NCBI GenBank assembly: GCA_040437565.1
Contig: JBDOQK010000007.1
Location: forward strand, 372,001-436,000
DNA from: Albugo candida
Lineage: Eukaryota
Direction of reading: 5' to 3'
DNA length: 64,000 nt
The notes under the pieces are model-generated. The model was not told the origin of the DNA. It saw only the letters and a program-made list of their open reading frames with translations, and did not search any database. Positions 1-12,300 of this stretch are shown in pieces (the first letter of the stretch is position 1; each line of letters starts with the position of its first letter). Made by a program: the position numbers and the translations under genes.

Positions 1-1522
1 TTACAGTAAAATGTGAAGCTCAATAATCTCATTGCCAATCTGCACAACTCAAAACGGAGAAGCAAGAATTATTTGATAGGCTCGTGGAATTTGAGCACCA
101 GAGTTCGCTGTGAGAGAGGATACTAAGAGGAGCAGAAGGCGCAAGCAGCGCTCTATCTAGTTAAGCTGGTCAAGCTTAATCAAAAACCAGATGTAAAGTA
201 ATCCATTGATGCGATATCGATTGGAGGTCTTGCAGCAAAGTCAGGAGCAAATGTTGCAAAACATGGAAAATTAAGTCCACAAACGTGACATTATGGCAAA
301 AATTCGAGGACGTAGCAAGAAAGACAGAGAGTTCATAGAGTCCTCTTGACGAGCTAAGTTCTCAAACTGCAAAACAACTCAAGGAAAATCGATTGAGAAT
401 CTTTTTCTTTCAACTGAAAATATAGCAGCAGAGCTTGCAGCGGAAGACGAGGAAACCGTCATATTGAAACGAATAATCAATCATAGACTAAATGAGAATC
501 AGCGGGTTGTTGACCCGGAGGCGAGGAAGCGAACATTTCTCAAACTCTTCGCTCATTCCTTTGAATTGGCTATGACTAGGACCAATCCAAAGAAGACTTT
601 GATTTCGTTTTTAATCCCAGTAGGATCTCGAATGACATAGAGAAAATCTGGATGGTGTGAAGATCGTTATTGCTAATTTGCAAGAACGGATTATGACTCT
701 ATTGGGGTTATTAGATTGCGTTTTACTGCTCGCGAGTTCAACCAAGAAGTGATGCCAAGGTCTGATGTACTGCATACATAATGTAACAAATAAATTTATG
801 ATTGCTTGCCATACTAGATCTACTTGATTTTTATTTCTTGATTTATGAAGTGCTTTAAACCTCAGCAATAAGCGTTACCGTTAAAGCACAAGCCCTGAAG
901 AAGCCTGATTCCTACACCAATACCATTTTGGCAATCATCATATTATATTTACACGAGTTCAAGCGTATACCGCTGACCTCAAAGGCGTTCTCCAAGCTAC
1001 ATGCTACATTAGAGAGATCAAACCAATTGCACCGTAGCAAGCGCTCACGATGTAATGAAAATTGATGATGTCTCGGAAATCTACTTGGTTTGCCGCTTCT
1101 CTGCAACATCTAGATTCGATGCTTTAGGTCATTTGGTGATTCAAAACATTAGTCTATCAACTCGTTGCTGATTTTGCGCTTCAGGGCACATCGGTAACAT
1201 TTTTCTACCAGAGTCCATGAAACAGTCGGCAACATAATGCAGCTTCATGAGTGCGCAAAGAATCACACATCTACACATTGGATTCATTACATTAGGTAAC
1301 ATGGCATAAAAGTAGGAAGAGACAGCGCACTCTGCGTGAATCTCCTGCTAGATAAGCAGATCTTCTCCAGCTAGGTCCTAATTTCAAAGGGGAAGAAATT
1401 CTTCCGATTCAGTTCTAAATTACAAAAAAAGCAATCTCGTCTGGACCATACAGACGATTATCATAGATGTAGATACAGTTGGGCATTGCACGGGAATCCA
1501 AAATCAATCAAAAATTCAGCCA

Positions 1523-1559
1523 AACATCCAGTGATGACATATGGTCATCACTGGATGTT
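1523..1559. repeat. Perfect 16-bp inverted repeat with a 5-nt spacer
   Basis: AACATCCAGTGATGAC-atatg-GTCATCACTGGATGTT read directly from the sequence. Confidence 0.95.
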
Positions 1560-1789
1560 CTCAAACGTGATGATAAGCAACACGTCCCCAAGTAACTCAG
1601 CTAGTTGCAGCGCTTCTTATAATAGATAGTCCTTGAAAGTTGATTGTTGCTCGTTACTGGGAATAACGACTCAGAGATGATCGTGACTCTCCCAAAATGG
1701 ATTCCTTTAGCAATATTATATATGTTTATATAAATCCATCTATGTGACCGAATAGTCGTCAAGGTGTCTTCATCGGTCATATATTCATC

Positions 1790-4700
1790 ATGCAAGAAAT
1801 TCCAATTCTCAATTCTCGTGAACAAGAAAGATTCTTTGGCATCAGATGTGGTGACGCTGTTTCGTTTGAAGCTGGATGCTGGGCTCCAGGCGGTGAATTC
1901 TACAAAACAATTGCAGTCAAAAACGTTTCCTGTCGAACAATCCGCTTCAAGTACGAGCTACCCGCCACCAAATACTTCAGTATGGAATTCCCCTCTTTCA
2001 TCACATTGAGCCCAGGGATGGATACTAAAATCGCTTTGGTATTTCGTCCAGTCCAATATGAGCATTACGAAGACGTCATTACATTTTCTGTAAAGATAAT
2101 CGAAGGAGGTCTTATCATCACCTCGGGAAAATTCCGAATCCCGGTTGCCGCTCGTATTGACAGAATCTCTACTGAGCTGCCTACAAAACTTGATTTGGGA
2201 TTCTGTCCCGTGGCTGAGGTCACAGAAAAAACGCTTGTTATGCGAAATACAGGGCAAATCAATGTCAACTTTTCCTGGACCATACCTACAAACTTCAGTA
2301 TGACATCCCATCCGCCACCCATGTCCTCACTCCATCGAGAGGGTATCCCCAACTGCAACAACCTTTTCGAGGTGAGTCCATCACAAGGTCGTCTAGGCGC
2401 TGGTGAAAGTATGCATTTCAAAGTATTATTTTTCCCAACATGGGCATCTGTATATGTGGCCACTACATCTTGCGCTATAACTGTAAGCACTGACGTATTC
2501 TGCAAGCAAGATTGCATTCTGAGTTGCTTTATTAGGCTGAGAATCATGCTGGAGGTGAAACGCAGCGGACTCATGTGACTTTTATGGAAATAAATGCTGT
2601 CAGCAAATTCTCCTACTTGGAAGCCTCCCAAACAACAATAGATTTCAAGAACGTACTGTTACATTCAAAGCACGCTGGTACTTCTGTAGAGGAGAAAGAG
2701 CTCATGCTCCAAAACCCGACCAAGGTCCTGGCAAATTTTGAGATAAAAAGCGTACAATTCGATCAGAGTCCAATTTTTTTCTTTAGCCCGTCAAAAGGAG
2801 CGGTGGCTCCGCAATCGACATTAACCGTCCGAGTCAAGTACATGCCGCTCAGCTCTGGTACTTTTACGTGCGATTACTTCGACGTGGTGACACCAGGAAA
2901 TCAGCATCAAACTCGTCTCACGTGCAAGGGAAGGGCTACAGGTCCTCGCATTAGTCTTTGGACACGGAATTCTAGCTCGAATCTGATTTCCACATCCTCA
3001 ATCAACTTTCGTGATGTTCCAGTAGGAAACAAAGTTTCACGAGTGTTGGTATTGAGAAATGAATCAGCCGTAGATGCATATTTTCATTTTGATTGTCAAC
3101 CCCATGGAATATTTCAATTTGAAACCACTAGTGGTGAGATTGCATCACACTCGGATACTAGCATCACGGTGGTATTTACCGCAAAGCCACCTTACGTCGG
3201 CAATTTTTATCGACGGATATTCATATTAATTCAGCATCAGGGCTCTCTATTTGTAGACATGCTGGCCACATCATTCGATGAGAAACTTCGTCCATCTCCT
3301 TTTGAGCAAGCTCATATTGATGCATACCGTTGGCGAGCGAAGAATGGTCTCGGCAGCTTGAGCCCACAACAACTAGATAACATTCGTGACGACGAAGGGA
3401 ACAATTTTTTTCTTTCGGGTGCTAAAGCGCTCAGCCGTGTGAAACTGGATGGGACTTCCAAAACCATTCCATCTAATGTAGCGGACAGTACTCTAGCTCA
3501 ATATCATCGGCAGCAACTTGAAAGTGAGCTATTGAGTCCTAGTGGGGGAGCAACCCTGGCTGAATTGAGCATCTGCCATGAATATTCTGAAAGCACCGAA
3601 AATCTGTCGACTCCTATCACCCTGCTTGTTCCGCAAAGTCAGCACTCGCTTCCCTTCCTCGATTTCGGGTCCCGGACGTTTTCGAGTGCTACCCACAAGA
3701 AGACTTTACAAATTCGGAACAACACTCAAGCCAAAGTAATATGCATGTGGCACGTCTCAATGGGAGCGGTTGAACGACACGAGTCTGGAAAAACAGGAAA
3801 TAAGCCGAGTTTCCAGATTCATCCTGTTACCGCTGAAATCGAACCAGGTCTTGAAACAGCTTTTCTAGTCGCATTCCAACCTCTCGAACAAAATTCCTAT
3901 TACTTTGCAGAACTGGAAGCATATGTATCTTTCAGTAGTAATCGATCGTTTCGGCTTGTGGACGTCCAAACCTTTACCCCACCGTGGTGCGTTTCGATCA
4001 AAGTTTGTGGGAACACATTCATTGGTGCTGATTCTCATTACATATCTCAACTTGTCTTCCATGGACCAAGATTAATATTCCACACGAGTATGTCACAAAA
4101 CATGGCAAAATCGTCATTCTCCATGTCTTCAGCAAATCACAGGATACATTTTCCACCGTGTTATTTAAATGATTCAGTTTTTCAGACAATACTGATCGAA
4201 AATACAGGCGATACTCCGGCTTTGTTTCAGTTCTCCGATGATGCAACAGGGTGCTATTTCTGTAAGCCCAATTGCGGATATATTTCACCACGGTCGATTT
4301 ACCTCGTGCAAATACGATTCTCACCGGTGCAACTAGGCACGAATAAAGGATTTGTGCACTTCACCGTGAATTATTCTGAGAGCACACGTACGAATGTCGA
4401 GATGACTGGAATCGGATCCATTCCGAAACTCATATTCAATGATCATCCAGACGACTTGGGATCATCTCATATCGACGTGGATTCCTCTAGAGTAGATGCT
4501 AAAGTGTACCTCAAGCCAACCGCCTTGGGGCTCTCCTCAGTTCGGTGCCTGCAACTATTCAATGTGTCCCGAATACCACTTGTGTATGGTTTTGACATAC
4601 CAGATATTGCCGATAATGTTTTCTCAGTAAAGCCTGAAATTGGTCGAATTGATGGTCGCGAGACGATTAGTGTAGAAGTCCATTTCTCCCCACAAGCTGA

Positions 4701-7407
4701 AATGCGTAAATACACGAATCGACTTTTGGTGACGGTCAAACCGATTAGTTTTACTTGGAAGGCCTGGAATCAATACACCACAAAGAAAGAACTTGCTCGA
4801 GCGCCCATTAATCGAAGAACACTGCCAGTTATTCAAGAGTCTGGAGTACGCGTGATAAGCGAAGCCAGCTATGGCGCTATTATGTTTGAGCCAGAGGTAC
4901 TGAACTTCGATACCGTGATGATCAAATCAAGCATCAAACGGACTTTCGATATTGTGAATGCGGCAGATTGTGACCTTGCGTATGAATTGGTGCAGACAGG
5001 AGAGTTGACAACAAATACCACGCGTATCGATTCTCATTCTTCAACTGACTCGAAACCAATTATGCTAAAGCTGGATAAAGTTCAGGGTGACTTGACACTA
5101 TCACAGAGCAGTGGGATCATTCCCTTGCGATCAAGAAAGCAAATCGTGGCAAAATTCTTTCCGAAAACGACCGGACTTTACAATTTTGATATCAGCTGCA
5201 TTATTTCGGGAAAACTTCCGCTCGACAATCCGCTTTCAGCCTACGAAACTGCGCGAGAACGGACAACTAGATCGCGTTGCAAAATAAGTGCTAATGCATC
5301 CTTTCCAACCATAGTTATCCATGACATCAGATCCATGGAACTTCCAAGGTCACTCTTATGGATGCAGTTTAATTGTAATGCATTCAATTCTCATATGTCA
5401 TCGCAAGATCTTTCCGAAACTGACCCGAATAATACTGGAAGTAACGCTGAAAAACCTTTTGTGCAATATCCAAGCATTGACTTCTTTTTCACCCCAGCAC
5501 CCAGAGGATCTGCATCTCAAGAAATTATCATCCAGCTTTATAATCCCGGATCTCTTGTTGCTCATTACGAGTTACTGCTCCCTAATGAGGGCAATGTGGA
5601 GATGGAACATTGGGCCGATGCAGCATCACCAAGAGGTGAAAACTCGGAGACTATTTCCAGTATTGATAAACAAATCTTTGATTTCAGCCCGAAGAAAGCA
5701 AAGCTGCTACCACAAGAAACCAAATCCCTCCGACTGACGTGCAATTTTAAACACGCTTCACAGAAGGAAATCCATTCTCTTCCATTGCTGTTACGAATTG
5801 ATAAAGGAAAGAAGATATCAATCTTACTTCACGGGCAGATAATTATGAGCGACCAACCAAAAATTTGGGCTCCACGAAAAGAGTTTCGATTGTTTGCCAC
5901 CATAGCTGGAGAATTCAAGACACCTCCGAAATTTCACAGGCGGAGAAATAGAGACTTCCATGAGGCACATCATATGATGAATCTAGACATTCCTACGCAG
6001 CAAATACAGATTTTCAATGTTGGAAGTACCAAGTTGAGAGTCGAAGCGGATCTAATCCCAGTCAAGGATACGGAACTGATCAACTCTGTTCTACGCTGCA
6101 CCACTACTGCTAAGCATATTTCTCCAAGAAGTTCTGCATGCATCAACGTCCATTTCAGCCCAAACAAGCCTCAAATAATTGAAGCTGTGCTTTCATTAAG
6201 AGCGTACGAGAGCTACGTTATAGAACCATTGGCGACAAAGCGTCCACCGGGCCTCATGAGACGTGATATGATTGATGCAAAGACTTTTGCAGCAGCCGAC
6301 TTGTGCGGGAACGCCTATAATGAAGTTTGCACGATCAGATTGTTGGCAAGAGCTTTCCACCCAAATAAGGAGTCATATAATGTGGTCACCCTTGAAGACG
6401 ACAGCGTAGATTCAGGATGCTACTTGACACACACCGGATACATTTCTAATCCATCTCTAGGAGATTACTCAGAAGAACTATGTGGACGTTTTTTACCGAC
6501 CGACAAAGTTGATTTTGGTTATATACCGTCACACTCCCGATCTTCTCGTATATTGGTACTCCGGAACACTTCAGCGACAAGCGCAATGCATTTTGAATGG
6601 GACAATAGGAACGATTATGTGTCGAGAAAATTGCTGAGATTTTCCCCGATGTCTGGAATCATCGCCGAGAATGGTATATGCTTGATACGTATCTCCGTAG
6701 AAATGAAAAGCGATATAATCCGGATGGATCAAGATGTTGCGTGTTTTCTTAGTAGGACCGGTTCTTCTGAGAAGACCAAGGATCTCATCAAATGGAATCA
6801 GGCTGGGCCCACAATGAAAATAGCAGCCGCCAATAAAAAGCATCAAAGTGTAATATCACGATCAACTGCAGCTCAAGAAGCAATTAAAGAGACAAGAACA
6901 GACAGGATGTTGGATGACACAAATTTGTCCATTGCAGCGGTTGAAGCAACAGAGAAGGATACCAACACGAATACCATTTGGCCACTATATGTTCACATCA
7001 ACGCCCATCCTCTTGGACTGCAATTGCTGAAGAAATTCTGTTATGCTAAAAAAGATTTCGTAACGCTGCATCCAGAACTCCAAGCTCCATCTCATCCATT
7101 TTCTGTGTTCGACATGCCACCCGACGAAATAAGCTCAGCTCGGATCGTACTACACGATGTGATGGAAATGCTATTGGTGGATAGCTTTAACACCCCAGAA
7201 ATAGGAAAGAGTATTGACGAAGCATGCGGGCTGCCGAAAGATTCACCATCCATATCACGATCAATGTGCGAGACTAATGCTGCCTATCAAAGTGTCTTCA
7301 ACGATATTCGTGAAAGATCAACCATGTTTAACACTTGTACAGCATTATTGGAAAACACATTTCACAACGTGATTCAAGAAATTGCTCATGACATGATATC
7401 AGCTTGA
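1790..7407 (+). CDS. CFAP65: Cilia- and flagella-associated protein 65 (CCDC108)-like, multiple ASH/PapD Ig-like repeats; 2 exons (1790-2482, 2536-7407), ~1854 aa
   Basis: The N-terminus (FFGIRC...W.PGGEFYKTIAVKNVS...KYELPATKYF...LSPGM....LVFRP) resembles the CFAP65 N-terminus. Repeated DFG...L.N.....F...P..G.I.P units. GT-AG intron 2483-2535 joins the 262-aa and 1610-aa ORFs in frame. Confidence 0.85.
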
Positions 7408-7568
7408 AATGTCTGAGGACGTCATACAAGTAGATGGATGCGCTTTACTATCCATTCACATAATCAATGTATCAGGCAATACCTTGCACCTAGCGCGCTA
7501 TTACAGGTATCCAATTTTTTGTGTTCAAGGTATACACTCTGTGCAATTTCGTATCTAAGATAAAAGAT

Positions 7569-7641
7569 TTCCCAAACCGGGACTCGAACCCGGGTCGCGT
7601 GGGTGAAAGCCACGTATCCTAACCGCCTAGACTATTTGGGA
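7569..7641 (-). tRNA. tRNA-Glu (anticodon TTC), intronless
   Basis: The reverse complement folds as a cloverleaf: acceptor TCCCAAA/TTTGGGA, anticodon arm CGTGG-CTTTCAC-CCACG, T-arm CCGGG-TTCGAGT-CCCGG. A TTTT Pol III terminator follows just downstream (7562-7565). Confidence 0.97.
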
Positions 7642-8059
7642 GCTACAGTTCGATGTAGGAAGCTTTTTATAAAAACGTTTAGATAAATAGCTGAATTAAC
7701 TTTTTTGCTTCTCAACAAAAACAGATTTGCAAGAATCCTACAAGCCTTTGCTTTGCTATCATGAGGTAAGAAACCAAAATCTTCGAACATCATACATTCT
7801 TATAGAAACGAGCTTTAGTCCATCACAAACACAATTTAAAAAAATTGACGCTCTTCAGAGCTGGGTTGACTACATTTCACGCAAAATACCGTCAGAATAA
7901 TTAATCGATCGTGTCGGATAATTGACATGACTATTCATTGTAATAACGAGTTCATCAGATTTAGATGTGTAGCATCGACACAATTATGGAAGAAGTAATA
8001 ACCTTTTTCGATCGAAATATTCTCTCGTACATTTCTCAGTAAGCTCCATCAAATGTGAT

Positions 8060-8829
8060 CGAAAGCATAGCTACTACAAACGCCGGGGAGTAGTAAGACA
8101 GGCTCATACGAATTCGAAGAAAATTTAGAATCCATGCTCACTGTGATCAAATTAGGTTGAGGCAACAATGAATGCCTCTCGGGAGCTCCGATTATTGCAG
8201 TTATACAGTTGACCAAATTACCATTCTCTCACGCAACATCACGAGCCCCTCTGATAATTATGACAGGTTTAATGGGATTCCGCAATATGAGGTGACGTGA
8301 ACAACACATCGGATTGATTCGTATACCTAAGTATTACGAAGTCCGATCACATCACTTCGGTGGAACGCTATACATCCGTCGCTCCACCAATTATNNNNNN
8401 NNNNNNNNNNNNNNNNNNNNNNNNNNNNNNNNNNNNNNNNNNNNNNNNNNNNNNNNNNNNNNNNNNNNNNNNNNNNNNNNNNNNNNNNNNNNNNCGAAAG
8501 CATAGCTACTACAAACGCCGGGGAGTAGTAAGACAGGCTCATACGAATTCGAAGAAAATTTAGAATCCATGCTCACTGTGATCAAATTAGGTTGAGGCAA
8601 CAATGAATGCCTCTCGGGAGCTCCGATTATTGCAGTTATACAGTTGACCAAATTACCATTCTCTCACGCAACATCACGAGCCCCTCTGATAATTATGACA
8701 GGTTTAATGGGATTCCGCAATATGAGGTGACGTGAACAACACATCGGATTGATTCGTATACCTAAGTATTACGAAGTCCGATCACATCACTTCGGTGGAA
8801 CGCTATACATCCGTCGCTCCACCAATTAT
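8060..8829. other. 100-N scaffold gap (8395-8494) flanked by an exact 335-bp duplication
   Basis: 8060-8394 is identical to 8495-8829. Confidence 0.9.
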
Positions 8830-9303
8830 GTCGCAGATAATGATTCCATAATGCCGTGCCTAAATTGACTCACGTCCTTGATGTCGTGAAAAGACATCAT
8901 CAGAAGCTCCTGTTTCTTCACACTTGATTGTTCTAGCAATGGATTTGATGTCTCAGGATCAGCCCAGGCATAAAAGCTCAGCGTTTCGGTTCAAGAAACA
9001 GGTACAAGCTGATTTTATCAATCAATATGCATCGTAGCTTCACTCATAAAGGATCACAAGCACAGTAATCATTGCAAGAGACCGACCATTCCATATATGG
9101 CGTATATAGCTACATCCGCTGTCTTTACACTACGCCAAGAACGTCTAAGAAACTGCTTAATTTAGCACGGTAGGACTCATCGAGTATGCAGGAGCTAAAT
9201 TGCAATCCACCCAGTCATAAAGTTACGTCTGGTGTTCTTCAGACTGGAAATAGAAAAGCGCTTTTATTCGATAAGAGCACGGTGCATCGGAGATAGGTTC
9301 GCC

Positions 9304-12300
9304 ATGAATAGATGTGATACCAAAGCTTTGTTTAAGATAAAACGCATTTTCAGCATCGAAAGCAGCGAGGATGATAGTAAGAATTCATTTACGTCATTAG
9401 GAGAGTTCAATATCGACTCTTTAGCTGTGCACACGGATAGTTCAAAACAATACTTGGCTTTAGCGATTGGATCAAGCACAAAGAATGGGAAAGAGGCTTC
9501 GACAACTTCGATTGAATATCCTTCTCGCCCTCTAATAGTTCGAAGTATCGAAGAAGACGGGAAGCTGCGATTTTGGCGATTTTCTTTTACAAAGTGCTCC
9601 AGAAAATCAATCGATCGATCAATGCCACTCTGTAGTTCTCCAACCAGGCGATCATCTTTTCCTTCTACTACGTCCATATCAGCATCCGTGGTCTCCCAAG
9701 CAGAGATTTCGAGTATTGAGAAGTCAAAGAACCCGGAACGCTTCGTTGCGCTCGACTTTAGCCCTGAGGGTGATTGGCTAGCTGCATTGTCCCTTATTAC
9801 GAACGCTTTGTATCTTATCCCAATTCAGTCTCTCATCAAAAAGACGCGTAAACATCAGGTGGAGAAATCCTATAAAGCTTCCACGCATGGGAATGATAGC
9901 CCCAATGTACGGAGCACCTGCGGCGTCGCTGTGGAAAAAGGGGTAATGACTCTTTCGCCAAGTGTGATGAATGTTCGAATGTCTTCTTATCTTCGGGCAA
10001 AAAATGAGGCTGGAGGCTGTAATGGAGCAAAATATCGATCTCAAATTGCAAATGATAATTTGCTAATGAGTTCTTTAATACTATCACCTGATATTGGCAC
10101 ACTATCATGTTGTCGATGGTGGCGTAGCTCAAATGGAAAGAATTACTGTCTCATCGGGGGAACGACTAGCGTAATTTCGATTGTAAATATCGAGGAGAAT
10201 CGAGAAGAGTGCCGATGCGATCTTGATCCACGACTGAAGAGTATGTCAACGCGGATTGAATCGATTGAGCTGCTCCATGAAACTGTCAATAAGCTGCCGC
10301 AATGCTCAATGTTGATAAAGATGAGAATGGTTTCCACTCAAGTATTCAGTGACACTTATGCAAACGAGAACGCTGCTAGATATCACAATAAATTTGCTAC
10401 GACACCAGTTTCCTATTTCCGTGTCTTACTTGAAAGACATGTGATGGAGATACGCAGCGATGATCTCTCGAGACCGAACGGTACACTGAAAATCAAAACT
10501 TTGCAAGAGTATCAACACGAGAGGCTTTTTAGTCCTCAACGTATGCACAATGGCCACTTTGTAAAGGGTTTTACGAAACAGGTGCTCGAAGATCCCGCTA
10601 CTACTCCAATTTGTCTATTCGCGATCAATGGAACGCAGTACAGTGAGTCTTGGGTCGCCGCTTACTCAGCAATAGAACGAAGTGCGATGCTTTATTTGAA
10701 TATCAATGAACAACCAAAATCAATGTATACGTTCCCGCAGCTATTTGAGGAAGTGAACGATCTCACAAATGTTGAGATGCTGTACAGCTCAACCGATCTG
10801 ATGCTTCTGCAAGGGAATTTGAAGGGAACAGTAGCTCAAGCAGACAGTCAACACGACCAAAAATATATAGCAGTGTGGGTATCTCTTCCTTCACGCCAAG
10901 TCGGAAAGGAGGACACAAAAGCACAAGAAGCTCGCGTTGTGCATCATTTGCGTTTGCATGAAAATGAAAAGATCAAAGCAGTACTGCAAACAACGTCGAT
11001 ATCGAAGCAGCTTCCAAAAAGTGAGACAAGATGCCATGTGTCACTAGGTAATGAAACCTCACAAGCAGCAGGACAGACACTGTACATCATATGGACCGAC
11101 CACAACGTCTACGAGTGCTATACGCAATGGTCACGGCTGGCTTTGTTCACAGCACTAAGGGAAGAGTGTATAATGCTTTCAGATGCTCTTTGCATCGGTT
11201 ATGCTCTGGGAGTAGATATGGCTTCTTTATGTGAAGTGGTAGCAGACACATTATGCGGTGATGACTGCTTAGAAGAGCCAACTAAATCAGCAATTGGAAC
11301 AAGTAGAAAAATAATGCCAAATAGGGATATCGGCTGTGATGGCAATATCGACACAATGGTGCCATTCAAACACCATGAATGGATCAAAGAATTATATAGT
11401 GCATCGCGTGCTCAACCGCACAAAGGAATGAAACAGCTACGAGGTATCGGTGCGAATTTGCAGGCAATAGCCTTTGGCAAGCACTACACAGGGCCCTTTA
11501 CGGACCATGTGAGCAACAAAAATGAAATCCTGGCGACAATGAATGGATTGCAACCGGAGGAGGCGAGGCGGGTTGCTGAACTTTTGATTGATCTTCTTAT
11601 GGAACAAAAAGCAAAAAGAGACTTTCTTTCTGAAGAAAAGGGCAATCGTGCATGTACGCGTCGTTCATCCGATGACAAAGAAGAACTAATAGAGGATTGG
11701 TTACTGCTTTTTTTGGAACAGAATGTTGATTACGATTTCCAAGCCGTGATTGACATATGCATACATTGGGAACAGGTGGCTTTGGCTCTCAATGTGGGCC
11801 TGTTTCGGAATAGTATCGAACACGTCTTCAAAAAAATACTTCAGGCCGGAATGGCATCGTCCGTTAGTACAAGCACGATCGAAAGCCTTCTTGTAAGGAA
11901 TTCCCAGGTAGCACAATTACTCGCTGTTCCGGAAAATCACATCATCTTACGTCAACTGCCTAATCGAGTGCAACTGAGAATCATTTCATATGATGCTGAC
12001 ACTGTGCTGGAACATCGGGATTGGATAATCAGGAACAGCAACTCATTTTCTGTCCAACAATGTATCACTATCTTGGATCATTTCGCACTGCAGACAGCTG
12101 CGCTGTGCTTGAATCATAACCACAATGACAAGTTCACAGATGTTGATGGCATATGTGAAAAACACTCATTCGAAGAAGCAGAGTTTTATTTGGCGTTGTT
12201 AATACGTGTAGTAGCCGAAATCGAGAAACCCGAGGATCCCAAATATTCACAATGGACTTTGCAGCAACATATAAAGTCAATGAAAGGATCGTACAGACCG

